A stretch of DNA of 64,000 nt from an uncultured delta proteobacterium (GCA_963745835.1 CAVUZH010000013.1:96001-160000); one strand, 5' to 3'; positions 29,791 to 39,589 are shown, counted from the stretch's first letter. Made by a program: numbers and translations. Notes: a model not told the origin generated them from the letters alone.

Positions 29791-30393
29791 TTATTGAAAA
29801 TAAGCTTCGGCAGCATCTCTCTGCCAGCGACTCAATGGTTTAACGTTATCCCGCTCTTGTTCGATGCCGACTTCGACAACTGATTTCATTTGCGCTAAAC
29901 CCTGCTCGAATTGAGCGCCAATCATTTTGTCCATGTTCATGAACAGATGGATAGCCTTGGCCATGAAATTGTTTTTGCCCGTCATGCTCCATGTCACCGC
30001 TGTTTGATCGCCCTCGGGTCTAAATGTGAATTCCGCAACGTTGGTGGCTGCAAACGGTCTGAAAAACTCGAGGTTGATCCGGATCAGATCGTTCGGACGG
30101 CTCTCAATGATCGTCATGCGTCCTTCTCCTACCTCTTTGTTACCAGTCCAGGTGTAGACAGCGCCAGTCCCGGCGGGGGCGCCCTGGTATGTTTGCTTCA
30201 TCGTTGGATCCAATTTCCCCCATGGGTTCCATGCTTCCCACTTATGGAAATCATTGACATGGGCAAATACCGCCGGCGCCGGCGCACGCATCTTGATCGT
30301 CCGCGCAACACGAAATTCCGAAGATTGCAAAGCCACGATGCCGGCAAAAACGACGACAACAATTGGCATAACCATGAGAATTTTAGTCACCAT
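29791..30393 (-). CDS. SRPBCC family protein with N-terminal membrane anchor
   Basis: VNDFHKWEAWNPW, GEGRMTI and VTWSMTG. Confidence 0.88.
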   Translation of the reverse strand: MVTKILMVMPIVVVVFAGIVALQSSEFRVARTIKMRAPAPAVFAHVNDFHKWEAWNPWGKLDPTMKQTYQGAPAGTGAVYTWTGNKEVGEGRMTIIESRPNDLIRINLEFFRPFAATNVAEFTFRPEGDQTAVTWSMTGKNNFMAKAIHLFMNMDKMIGAQFEQGLAQMKSVVEVGIEQERDNVKPLSRWQRDAAEAYFQ

Positions 30394-30456
30394 AAGATTC
30401 CCTTACCGGCGGCGCCCAGCGCAACACCTGGATGAACGATGTTACGTCCTCAGTTC

Positions 30457-30879
30457 CTAGTTGATTGCCCTTAGCGGTTCTTTTACCTCGGTTGGCTCCA
30501 TGTAGACCAGCTCCCATATGTGACCATCCAGATCCTGAAATCCGTGAGCATACATAAAACCATGGTCTTGGGGTTCATTGTAGGTTGAGCCTCCGTCGGC
30601 GACCGCCTTCGCAACCATTTGATCGACTTTTGCCCGGCTCTCCAGAGATAAGCACACCAGCACTTCTGTATATTTACCAGCGTCGCAAATCTGTTTGGGC
30701 GTAAAGGTCTGAAACTTTTCTTCAGTTAACAGCATGACGAATATGTCCTCATTCACCACCATGCATGTGGCAGTCTCATCGGTATATTGTTTGTCAAAAC
30801 TGAAGCCAAGTTTGGTGAAAAACTCCACGGACCTGTCTAGGTTCTTAACCGGTAGATTCACAAATATTTTAATCGGCAT
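30457..30879 (-). CDS. VOC/glyoxalase family protein
   Basis: IFVNLPVKNL and FQDLDGHIWE. AGGAG RBS before ATG 30879. Confidence 0.9.
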   Translation of the reverse strand: MPIKIFVNLPVKNLDRSVEFFTKLGFSFDKQYTDETATCMVVNEDIFVMLLTEEKFQTFTPKQICDAGKYTEVLVCLSLESRAKVDQMVAKAVADGGSTYNEPQDHGFMYAHGFQDLDGHIWELVYMEPTEVKEPLRAIN

Positions 30880-31012
30880 GTTTTCTCCTTCTGAAGGTTG
30901 TACAGGATCGAGAGTCATCAACGGCGTCAAGCCGATGCTGCCGGCTGAAAACGGAGCCCAGCCGCGGGCCGCATCCGCTAACAATCGAACAATCAGCCCA
31001 CTCAAACCTCAG

Positions 31013-31309
31013 CTAGCCACCGGCAATGGCACCCACGATCATAAAAGGCTGCGCTCCGGTGGCGATCGCCTCCGGCAGCGGCGTATCCGGCGACTCGTGA
31101 GACAGGTCCTCCCCGCAGGCGAAGAATCTAACGAAGGCACGGCGCTTGCCGTTGGCGTGGTCTCGAATAGTTCCACGCAACATTGGATAACGCGCTTCGA
31201 GCGCATCGAGAATTGAGCGCTGCGTGATCTGACCCGCGATTTCGAGGGACACTTCGCCGTCAACGTGGGCGAGCTTGCGCAGATGTGCTGGCAATACAAC
31301 TCGTATCAT
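31013..31309 (-). CDS. MoaD/ThiS-family ubiquitin-like protein
   Basis: [18 protein letters not shown] and a C-terminal AIAGG. Confidence 0.9.
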   Translation of the reverse strand: MIRVVLPAHLRKLAHVDGEVSLEIAGQITQRSILDALEARYPMLRGTIRDHANGKRRAFVRFFACGEDLSHESPDTPLPEAIATGAQPFMIVGAIAGG

Positions 31310-31346
31310 GACTTATTACTCTCCTATAATAAGAACTCCGTTTCCC

Positions 31347-31473
31347 GCGAGCGCTCAAAATGCCCCTTCCAGCAAGGCCGCAGCCAAGGAAAGCGCCGGA
31401 AGCGTAGTCTCTGAGCTACGTTGAGGACGCTTTCGAGGCGAGAACGCCGCTGGAGGTCATTTTCAGTGCTCGC
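31347..31473. mobile_element. MITE/REP-like palindromic element
   Basis: Terminal inverted repeats GCGAGCGCTCAAAATG / CATTTTCAGTGCTCGC (14/16) with an internal CGTAG..CTACG hairpin. Same layout as 38333-38488. Confidence 0.7.
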
Positions 31474-31474
31474 T

Positions 31475-32662
31475 TCATGGCAGTGTCTGCACTTCCACGG
31501 AGAGTACCGGCGGCAGATCTCGGACGATAGGGGCCCAGCTGTCACCCGCGTCGACCGATGCGTATACCTGTCCGCCGGTGGTACCGAAGTAAACGCCGCA
31601 CGAGTCGAGCGAATCGACCGCCATCGCATCGCGCAACACGTTGACGTAGCAATCACTTTGCGGCAGACCTTTGGTGAGCGGTTCCCACTCATTACCGCCT
31701 GTGCGGCTGCGGTACACGCGCAGTTTGCCGTCAGGGGGGAAATGCTCCGAATCGCTCTTGATCGGCACAACGTAGATGGTATCCGGCTCGTGCGCATGCA
31801 CGTCAATCGGGAAACCGAAGTCGGTTGGTAAGTTGCCGCTAATCTCACGCCATGACTCACCGGCATCATCGCTGCGCATCACGTCCCAGTGTTTCTGCAT
31901 GAATAACACCCCGGGCCGGGACGGATTCATTGCGATGCGGTGAACACAGTGGCCCACCTCCGCCGTCGGCTCAGGAATGTAGAGCGAATGGAGGCCGCGA
32001 TTGATCGGCTTCCAGCTTTTGCCCGCGTCATCGGTCCGAAACGCGCCCGCCGCCGAGATGGCGATGTACATCCGATTCGGATCGTTCGAATCTAAAAGGA
32101 TCGTGTGCAGGCACATCCCACCGGCGCCGGGCTGCCAGGAGGAGCCTGAGCCGTGGCCGCGCAATCCGGCAAGCTCGTGCCACGACTGACCGCCATTGAC
32201 GGAGCGGAATAAGGCGGCGTCTTCAACACCCGCATATATGACGTCCCGATCGGTTAGCGACGGCTCGAGATGCCAGACGCGCTTGAACTCCCAAGGTCGC
32301 GCTGTGCCGTCGTACCATTGGTGTGTGGTGAGCGGTTTGCCGCTGTCAGGCGATGAGTCATAAACGAAGTTGTTGCTCTCGCCCTTGGGCGTGCCGTCCG
32401 GAGTGGTGGTCGGTTCGCCGGGCGGTGTTCCAGGTTGATGCCAGGTCTTGCCGCCGTCATCTGAGCGTTGAATGATCTGCCCGAACCAACTGCTGCATTG
32501 CGATGCAAACAGCCGGTCCGGATCAGCCGGAGATCCCTTGACATGGTAGATCTCCCAGCCCGCAAAATGTGGACCGCTAATGTCCCATCGTTCGCGCTTC
32601 GCGTCCGCCGTCAGGACGAACGCCCCTTTCCGTGTACCAACCAGCACTCGTACTTTGCTCAT
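31475..32662 (-). CDS. BNR/Asp-box beta-propeller protein (sialidase-like annotation, function unknown)
   Basis: Repeated Asp boxes [36 protein letters not shown] and [10 protein letters not shown]-terminal LVGTRKGAF. Confidence 0.88.
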   Translation of the reverse strand: MSKVRVLVGTRKGAFVLTADAKRERWDISGPHFAGWEIYHVKGSPADPDRLFASQCSSWFGQIIQRSDDGGKTWHQPGTPPGEPTTTPDGTPKGESNNFVYDSSPDSGKPLTTHQWYDGTARPWEFKRVWHLEPSLTDRDVIYAGVEDAALFRSVNGGQSWHELAGLRGHGSGSSWQPGAGGMCLHTILLDSNDPNRMYIAISAAGAFRTDDAGKSWKPINRGLHSLYIPEPTAEVGHCVHRIAMNPSRPGVLFMQKHWDVMRSDDAGESWREISGNLPTDFGFPIDVHAHEPDTIYVVPIKSDSEHFPPDGKLRVYRSRTGGNEWEPLTKGLPQSDCYVNVLRDAMAVDSLDSCGVYFGTTGGQVYASVDAGDSWAPIVRDLPPVLSVEVQTLP

Positions 32663-33215
32663 TCCCTTACTCCTTTCTGAATTTCGCGCCTTTGCACGGA
32701 ATTTCCACGACCAGCGCGTTTACGCGTGATTCTTACAATGACTTGCCTTGTTTCATTAATATGACGAATGAGCGCGTGCTCACAGGACAGCCGTTCTGAT
32801 TTTTTTGGGTCTTCTATCAAATTTTGCAGGATTAAAAGAAAAATTAAAGGCACACGCAGGTGTTTTCCCACCGGATCAGGCGACTCGATGCATGGAGCAA
32901 ACGCTTGGACTTCGGTCGTTTAACACTCCTTCTGGCGCGATGCAGCGCGTCTAGCATGGCTATTGAAAAGCTCATAGGCATCGTTGCGCCTAATTACCTG
33001 GAACATGTTCGTGTTCCTTCGGAATTCTCGATCACGTTTTCACGGCCATGATCACGAGGATTGCGCCTTGTGTTTGAAGTCGTTCTGAGCTGCCTGTAAT
33101 CAGAGATTCAGCAACTGCTAAAGCGGCGCTCCCCCCGCAGTGAAGGGGCCGCCGAAATCTCTCTGTTCACTGCCTTATTGTTCGGTGCCGTTTATCAGTT
33201 AAACTAACAATAAAG

Positions 33216-35375
33216 ATGATTGTACCGGATGAAAATGAACTGCTGATAAACCGTGATCTATCGTGGCTCGAATTCAATCGCCGGGTATTGGAAGAAGCCA
33301 AAGATCCGCAGGTTCCGCTGCTCGAAAAACTTAAGTTTTTAGCGATCTTCAGTTCGAATCTCGATGAATTTTTCATGGTCCGCGTGGCAGGCCTTAGGCG
33401 CGAGGTCCAAAATGAAGAACCGAACCCGGATTCCGATACCGCCAATCCGGCGGCGGTATTGGCGGCAATCTCGGAAAAAGTCCATGAGCTAACTGAAGCT
33501 CAGCACGCCTGTTTCCTAGATAATATCCTGCCGCAGCTAACGACCGAAGGTATTCATCTCGTGCGTCCCGAAGAAGTGAACGGAGCGCAGCGTCAGTTTT
33601 TGGAGGAGTTCTTTCATAAGACGCTTTACCCTATTGTTACTCCCTTGGCTGTTGATCCGGGTCATCCGTTTCCATATCTCCCCAATCGGTCACTTTCTTT
33701 AGTGGTAGCGCTGCGGGCTAAAACGGTTTCCCCATTGCCTCATTCGGAAGTGTCGATTGTCCATATTCCCGGTCACGTAGTTCCGCGATTTATTCAACTG
33801 CCGGCAACCGAAGGACGGTACGCGTTTATTCTGCTCGAGCATGTGCTGCGCCGTTATCTGCCGCGTCTCTATCACGGTTTCGAAATTCTCTCCACACACG
33901 CGGTTCGCGTCACGCGCGATGCCGACTTCGGCGTCGTGCGAAAGCGTAACGAAGACCTGATGATGACTATCGAACAAGGCGTGCGAGAACGCAGGATGGG
34001 CGATGCCGTGAGACTGCAGTACGACCCGGATTTACCGAAGGAGCTATTAAGCCAGCTGGTCGAGGAACTCGAGCTGAGTGGCGCCGATCTATATCCCGGC
34101 AGAGGTTTCACCGCGTTTACCGACTTGTTTCAACTTTATCAAAGCGCGAACGTTCCCCGCCTGAAGGATCGCGTTCAGGTACCGGTATCGTTTTCCTGCT
34201 TTGGGCGAGATCATGATCTCTGGAATGCGATTCGAAGCGGAGACGTCATGATCTTTCATCCCTACCAGCCGTTCGATGCTGTAACTCATTTTGTTGAAGA
34301 AGCGGCAAAGGATCCCAAAGTCCTGGCCATCAAAATGACGCTTTATCGGGTAAGCGCCGATTCGCCCATCGCTCAAGCGCTTGCGCGGGCCGCCGAAGCC
34401 GGCAAGGAAGTATCCGTGCTCGTGGAACTGCAAGCGCGCTTTGATGAAGAAGCCAATATCGTTTGGGCGCGCGCCTTAGAAGAAGTCGGCGCTCACGTGG
34501 TCTACGGCTTGATAGGCTACAAGACCCACTGCAAACTCTGTTTGGTGGTACGCCAGGAATCCGACGGCATCCGGCGCTACTGCCACCTGTCCACGGGCAA
34601 TTACAATGTCCGTACCGGCGGCATCTATAGTGATCTTAGCTTATTTACCTGTCGAGAAGATTTTGGCGAGGATCTCACGGAGGTCTTTAACCTTCTCACC
34701 GGCTACACCCGTCCTCAAAGATTTCATCATGTGTTGATGGCGCCGATGAAACTGCGCGAGCGCTTCATTCGCATGATTGAACATGAGACCGAGCAGGCGC
34801 GTGCCGAACGTCCCGCGCGCATCGTTGCAAAAGTAAATAGCCTTATCGACCCTGCTGTTATAGAAAAGCTCTACCAAGCCAGTCAAGCGGGTGTGCAGAT
34901 CGACCTTATCGTCCGCGGAATGTGCAGCCTGCGGCCCGGCATCGCTGGGAGCTCCGAGCGCATTCGTGTGATTTCTATCGTCGATCGTTATCTCGAGCAC
35001 GCGCGAATTTTTTATTTCCAGAACGGCGACCCTCATTCTTTTTGGCTTGCGTCAGCGGACTGGATGCCGCGCAATTTTGACCGCCGTATAGAGATCGCTT
35101 TCCCGGTCATCGAGCCGCGACTGCAAACCAAGCTGAAGGAGATTTTGGAACTGCAACTGGCCGACAACGTTAAAAGCTGGTTGATGCAGCCTGATGGGAG
35201 TTACAGCCGAATCAAAAATAACGACAAACCCGCTTTTCGATTTCAAGAGCGGTTCTACGAGATGCTGCAAGCCGAGGAGCGATCATCGTCCGCGAGCGGC
35301 ATTGGCGGATCGAATTGGCACAACTGTCAAGCAGACGACCTTTCCTATGCGTTCGCGACAGCGGATTCTGATTAA
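33216..35375 (+). CDS. ppk1: Polyphosphate kinase 1
   Basis: Motifs NRDLSWLEFN, NLDEFFMVRVAG, HPFP, ARFDEEAN, KTHCK, TGNYN and SADWMPRN. Confidence 0.96.
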   Translation: MIVPDENELLINRDLSWLEFNRRVLEEAKDPQVPLLEKLKFLAIFSSNLDEFFMVRVAGLRREVQNEEPNPDSDTANPAAVLAAISEKVHELTEAQHACFLDNILPQLTTEGIHLVRPEEVNGAQRQFLEEFFHKTLYPIVTPLAVDPGHPFPYLPNRSLSLVVALRAKTVSPLPHSEVSIVHIPGHVVPRFIQLPATEGRYAFILLEHVLRRYLPRLYHGFEILSTHAVRVTRDADFGVVRKRNEDLMMTIEQGVRERRMGDAVRLQYDPDLPKELLSQLVEELELSGADLYPGRGFTAFTDLFQLYQSANVPRLKDRVQVPVSFSCFGRDHDLWNAIRSGDVMIFHPYQPFDAVTHFVEEAAKDPKVLAIKMTLYRVSADSPIAQALARAAEAGKEVSVLVELQARFDEEANIVWARALEEVGAHVVYGLIGYKTHCKLCLVVRQESDGIRRYCHLSTGNYNVRTGGIYSDLSLFTCREDFGEDLTEVFNLLTGYTRPQRFHHVLMAPMKLRERFIRMIEHETEQARAERPARIVAKVNSLIDPAVIEKLYQASQAGVQIDLIVRGMCSLRPGIAGSSERIRVISIVDRYLEHARIFYFQNGDPHSFWLASADWMPRNFDRRIEIAFPVIEPRLQTKLKEILELQLADNVKSWLMQPDGSYSRIKNNDKPAFRFQERFYEMLQAEERSSSASGIGGSNWHNCQADDLSYAFATADSD

Positions 35376-35386
35376 GGAGCCAGCCC

Positions 35387-36334
35387 ATCAAGATCACACT
35401 GATACATAACCCTGCAGCCGGCAAAGGAAAACAACCTTCGCGGGACGAGCTGCTTAAACTCCTACGCGCGGCTGGACACAAAGTAGAGTATCAATCGTCG
35501 AAGGAAAAAAAGTGGCATAAAATTCTAAAAAACCCAGGAGACGTGGTCGCGATTGCGGGAGGCGATGGCACGGTCAGCAAAGTCGCGAGACGGTTGATCG
35601 GCAACCCGACACCGTTGGCGATCTTGCCCTTGGGTACCGCTAATAACGTCGCCTGCACGCTCGGCATATCGGGCCGGACCTTGAAGGATCTTATCTCCGG
35701 ATGGAAATCCGCGCGCTGCGTGCATTTTGATGCGGGTGTGGCTAAAGGTCCTTGGGGTTCGAAACATTTCATCGAGGGATTTGGGTTGGGGTTGTTTGCC
35801 GAGACGATGTTTCAGATCGACGCCTCAAACGAAAAACAACTGGCGCACGCAGACGATCCCGAGGAAGAGATAAATTCCGTTCTCAAGATACTGAAAGGAC
35901 GACTCCGAGATTTCAGAGCCAACGAGTTGAATGTTCGACTTGACGGCGAAGAACTCTCCGGTCGATACGTGCTTTTGGAAGCGTTGAATGTCAGATTTAT
36001 CGGTCCGAACCTCAATTTCGCGCCGGAGGCGGATACCAAAGACGGGCTTCTGGACGTTATTACGGTTCCCCACGGCGAACGAGCTGAGCTGAGCCGATAC
36101 CTGTCTGGGCGAATCGATGGCACACAGTCTTTGCTCAAGTTGCCCCGTCGTCGAGGCTCTCATCTGCAGATTGAGTGGGAGAGCTCTCCGGTTCACATTG
36201 ACGACATGCGCTGGCCTGAAGATCATAAGGATGTGACGGTTAAATCGCACGCTATTACGATCAAAGTCGATGCCGGCGCACTGGTGTTTTTGATACCGCC
36301 GGTTAAGAGAGGCCGACCTAAGGACCTCGTATGA
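35387..36334 (+). CDS. Diacylglycerol kinase family protein (apparent ATC start)
   Basis: GGDGT and PLGTANN. The frame is open back to xKITLIHNPAAG at 35387, with AAGGAG 7 nt upstream. Confidence 0.85.
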   Translation: MKITLIHNPAAGKGKQPSRDELLKLLRAAGHKVEYQSSKEKKWHKILKNPGDVVAIAGGDGTVSKVARRLIGNPTPLAILPLGTANNVACTLGISGRTLKDLISGWKSARCVHFDAGVAKGPWGSKHFIEGFGLGLFAETMFQIDASNEKQLAHADDPEEEINSVLKILKGRLRDFRANELNVRLDGEELSGRYVLLEALNVRFIGPNLNFAPEADTKDGLLDVITVPHGERAELSRYLSGRIDGTQSLLKLPRRRGSHLQIEWESSPVHIDDMRWPEDHKDVTVKSHAITIKVDAGALVFLIPPVKRGRPKDLV

Positions 36335-36606
36335 ACGCGCGGGCTCCTCAAATTTCCACGCCCAATTATTGAACTAGAACCAGGCCACGCACGGCTCGCC
36401 GGGTGTGTGGTTTGGTTTGCCCGTGAAGTTCTTCTAGCCCGGCTTCCGTCGTTCAAAACAAGCGGCAAGCCCTCCGAGCGAAGACCAATAAGCCAAGTCC
36501 TTGCTGCGCTCGGACTCTCAAATTTCAGATCTCAGATTTCACCTTTGTCATTTGCGATTTGAGATGCCGCAGAGCGGCCCGCTCCTCCGGGCTCATCCCA
36601 CGATTA

Positions 36607-37572
36607 CTATATAGGTGGCCATACTCTGCTGCGGAATTCGGGCTTAATCGAGAGTATGCGACTCAATGCCTTGCTCGGCGGGCGATAGCTTTCTCCGAGC
36701 AGTTTTAGAAACGCTCTCATAGCGCCGTGAATGTATTTATCGCTTCTAAAAACCAGGCAGGAGTAAGCTTGAAGCTTTTCGCCCATGACGTGCAGACTCT
36801 TTAGGCTGCCTCGCCGGATTTCCTCGCTAACGAATCTTTGCGGTAGCAGAGAGATACCCAATCCCAGCTCAGCAAGCTTTTTGTGCAGTTCCAGTCCGAG
36901 AACCTCTACTTCTACTTTGATCGATTGACCGCGTTCTTTGAGCCGTCTCTCAACATAGCCGCGGTAGACGCATCCATGATGATTCAAAATCCATGGCGCC
37001 TCTTTGAGGTCGTCCCAAGTAAGTCTTTCTTTCTTGGTTAACGGGTTGTTGGCCGCTACAACAAACGCGAGATCCGTTGTTGCAAGCGGCACGAACGAAA
37101 GCCGCGGGAATCCATCGAGTTTCGGCGCAACCAGAATGAGCAAACCCAAATCCAGAGCATGAGATAAAACCCGCTGGGTGATCTCCGCCGACCAGGCCGA
37201 TTCGATTAGAAGATTAATTTTGGGGTAAGCCGCTCTATAGGCTTCAATCAGTTGCGGCAACTCGTAAGTAGCGATGCTATGTGCAGCGCCGATCGAAAGT
37301 CTTCCCTGACGAAGATCCCGCAGATCTGAAATCTCTTCTTTGGCGACGGTGACAATGCGCCTTAATTGTTCCACATGCTTGAGCAAAGCTGTTCCGGCCA
37401 ATGTGAGTTGCGCGGTTCGACCGCGTTCGAACAATCGCTGCTCGAGTTCCGTCTCCAGAGCTTGAATCTGTTTGCTGACAGCCGGCTGGGTTAGTGACAA
37501 CAGTTCCGCTGCGCGCCGAAAACTGTGGGTGGTCGCCACGGTTTGGAATGTGTGAAGCTGGTCCAGAGTCAT
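36607..37572 (-). CDS. LysR family transcriptional regulator
   Basis: HTH SFRRAAELLSLTQPAVSKQIQALE followed by a substrate-binding domain. Confidence 0.95.
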   Translation of the reverse strand: MTLDQLHTFQTVATTHSFRRAAELLSLTQPAVSKQIQALETELEQRLFERGRTAQLTLAGTALLKHVEQLRRIVTVAKEEISDLRDLRQGRLSIGAAHSIATYELPQLIEAYRAAYPKINLLIESAWSAEITQRVLSHALDLGLLILVAPKLDGFPRLSFVPLATTDLAFVVAANNPLTKKERLTWDDLKEAPWILNHHGCVYRGYVERRLKERGQSIKVEVEVLGLELHKKLAELGLGISLLPQRFVSEEIRRGSLKSLHVMGEKLQAYSCLVFRSDKYIHGAMRAFLKLLGESYRPPSKALSRILSIKPEFRSRVWPPI

Positions 37573-37585
37573 GGGAAGTATTCCT

Positions 37586-37626
37586 ATAAGTTATCAACCC
37601 GATAAGAAAATACCATTTGTGATTAT
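37586..37626. promoter_or_regulatory. Possible LysR operator in the divergent promoter region
   Basis: AT-rich, two ATAAG copies and a T-N11-A box at 37603-37615. Confidence 0.3.
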
Positions 37627-37680
37627 AGAAACTACCACCCCATAATCGGTGCAAACAAGGATAAAATTCGAGAGGCCGAT

Positions 37681-38232
37681 ATGTTCAAATTCGAAACAAG
37701 CACTGCCAAACGCCTATCTCCAATCCTGTTGTCACGGGAAAGTCTTCGTCCACTGCGGTGGCGCACAGTGGGTTATTGGCTAGTGATACTGTTGTTTTTC
37801 ATGCTGATCATTGCCGCATGGTTGCGACCGGAGTTCAACCGCCCGAAGGTTGCCGATTGGAAGTCTATCCTCGCTCGCGCCGACCACGCTTGGGAAGCAG
37901 GCGATCTACAGCGCGCGAGACACCTCTACCTAAAAGTCGAAAGAATCGCATCTTGGAGCCGTGATTGGCAGGGCACAGTCGCTGCGGCGTGTCGGTTTAA
38001 GCAGCTCGATGGGGTGCCGGCCCGCTACTGGAAGGCTCACACATTACTGATACGGGCAGGGATTTTTGCGCAAGAGAAACAATCCCGTCAAGCTATGGCG
38101 ACGATTGCCGAGGCGTTTAATATGCTGGGGCAGCCCCAAACAGCCTCCTTGATTCTAGCTCATATCGGCGCCGATTGGCGCAGTGAGAGCTCGGAGCCGC
38201 TTGGATTTCTGTTACAAGCTTGCTCGGCGTGA
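37681..38232 (+). CDS. Hypothetical membrane-anchored helical protein
   Basis: One transmembrane segment (YWLVILLFFMLIIAAW), GAGG RBS, divergent from the LysR gene. Confidence 0.65.
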   Translation: MFKFETSTAKRLSPILLSRESLRPLRWRTVGYWLVILLFFMLIIAAWLRPEFNRPKVADWKSILARADHAWEAGDLQRARHLYLKVERIASWSRDWQGTVAAACRFKQLDGVPARYWKAHTLLIRAGIFAQEKQSRQAMATIAEAFNMLGQPQTASLILAHIGADWRSESSEPLGFLLQACSA

Positions 38233-38332
38233 CGCAGATTACAGCCAGTACTCAGGCGGCCCAAGGGCGAAGAATCATGGTTTTTGCTCGATGAGCCCTG
38301 CGTCCAGTGACACGAAGATAAACAGTTGGGAG

Positions 38333-38488
38333 CTAGCAGAGTGCTGAAAAAAGCCTCTTGCAGGCTGCTCAAAAAGATCCAGAGGCGAGGCGGCGCGAAA
38401 ATCGACGAGCGAAGGCGTACTTACAGTACGTCGCAGCGAGGCGATCGAGCGGCAACGAAGCATATGGTTTTTTTCAGCAGCCTGCTAG
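38333..38488. mobile_element. MITE with CTAG ends
   Basis: CTAGCAGAGTGCTGAAAAAA versus TTTTTTCAGCAGCCTGCTAG (18/20 inverted match). A nested second left end GCAGGCTGCTCAAAAAG lies near 38359, and there is an internal CGTACT..AGTACG hairpin. Confidence 0.78.
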
Positions 38489-38682
38489 GGCACAATTTCG
38501 TCGGAACTCTGGCAATTCTTGCTTCTTTCCAGCTCCGCGCATTCGGCGCAGAGCCGTTCCGATGGCGGATTCACAGCGCTGCTGATCTCGTCGAAATCCT
38601 TGGCCGGCCAGTCTTTACAGTTCATACAGAAATGCCAGAATGCGCTGCCTCGTTCTTTGCGGTAAGTGGCTTGCGTCGGCAT
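38485..38682 (-). CDS. Small Cys/His-rich protein (putative metal-binding)
   Basis: WHFCMNCKDWP...LCAEC...NC. GGAGG RBS upstream. Confidence 0.7.
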   Translation of the reverse strand: MPTQATYRKERGSAFWHFCMNCKDWPAKDFDEISSAVNPPSERLCAECAELERSKNCQSSDEIVP

Positions 38683-38825
38683 ACGAACATTTTACCTCCG
38701 GCAAGAAAAATTGTGATTTACGAGTCCTCTATTTTAGTCGTAAATAAACTTGACCGGCTTCAAAATCGAGCTTATGAAAGTGCAGCAGAGACGCTGGTAG
38801 GTGGAAATTGATGGAGGCAGCGAAC

Positions 38826-39308
38826 ATGTTTAGAGTATCATGGCTGGCAGCGGCGATCATGATTAACTTCTTCATGCACGCAAGCGCCGGGGCGCAGACG
38901 CTTGAAGTCAAGCGTTATAATTATGCGGAATGGACCAAGGGGCGTTTCACTGAAGTGGTAACCGTCACCGGCCCGGGAAAAATGATCTTCCTCGCCGGAG
39001 TCGGCGCCGAAGACGAGGACAAGCCCCAGGGTTCGATCCGCCACCTTGGCAACCCCTACCTGCAGTGCAAATACGCCTACGATAAAATGAAGCGCCACTT
39101 GGCCAAGCACGGCGGCACCCTCGCCGATGTCGTAAAGCAGGTCGTGTATGTCACCGACATCAGATATCAGGCTGATGTCGGCAAATGCCGGCGCGAAGAG
39201 TACGGCGAAAAAGGTCCGATTCCCGCCAACACGTTTCTTGTCATCTCCGGACTTGCCATTCAGGGAATGCTACTAGAGATCGACATTACCGCAGTGGTGC
39301 CGCAGTAA
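38826..39308 (+). CDS. RidA/YjgF-family protein with signal peptide
   Basis: MIFLAGVG, GGTLADVVK, YVTD and LLEIDITAV. Signal peptide ending ASAGA-Q. Confidence 0.85.
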   Translation: MFRVSWLAAAIMINFFMHASAGAQTLEVKRYNYAEWTKGRFTEVVTVTGPGKMIFLAGVGAEDEDKPQGSIRHLGNPYLQCKYAYDKMKRHLAKHGGTLADVVKQVVYVTDIRYQADVGKCRREEYGEKGPIPANTFLVISGLAIQGMLLEIDITAVVPQ

Positions 39309-39511
39309 AAGGCGACAGATTCTTAGCCGATCTAGGCACAACGATTCTGCCCATCCTGCGAATCCTACGGTTGGTATCAGCCTTACGACATTTCGTGCGA
39401 CAGCGATCGAACAAACCACTGTGAGTCTTTGGTATCTACAGCAGGCCTAAAGATAGAAGTCTGATATGCATTCGCGGGATCAAACTGATGAAAAATTAAA
39501 TGTAATTACAT

Positions 39512-39571
39512 GGATAACGCCGCGGTTCAGCCGCGCGAGGTACGAGCGTCGGCTGGAACCGCCAGTTATGC
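39512..39571 (-). mobile_element. Integron attC site
   Basis: Minus strand GCATAAC-tggcggttccagccg...cggctgaaccgcggc-GTTATCC, a 60-bp imperfect palindrome just after the GFA gene stop. Confidence 0.8.
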
Positions 39572-39589
39572 AGCATGCGGACGCCCCCC

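Noticed and set aside
30925-31000. GC-rich imperfect hairpin between moaD and the VOC gene as an attC
   Set aside because: Lacks correctly placed RYYYAAC and GTTRRRY boxes. More likely an mRNA stem-loop.
36460-36600. Short inverted and heptamer-like repeats between the DAG kinase and LysR genes
   Set aside because: Too short and irregular to call an element or a terminator.
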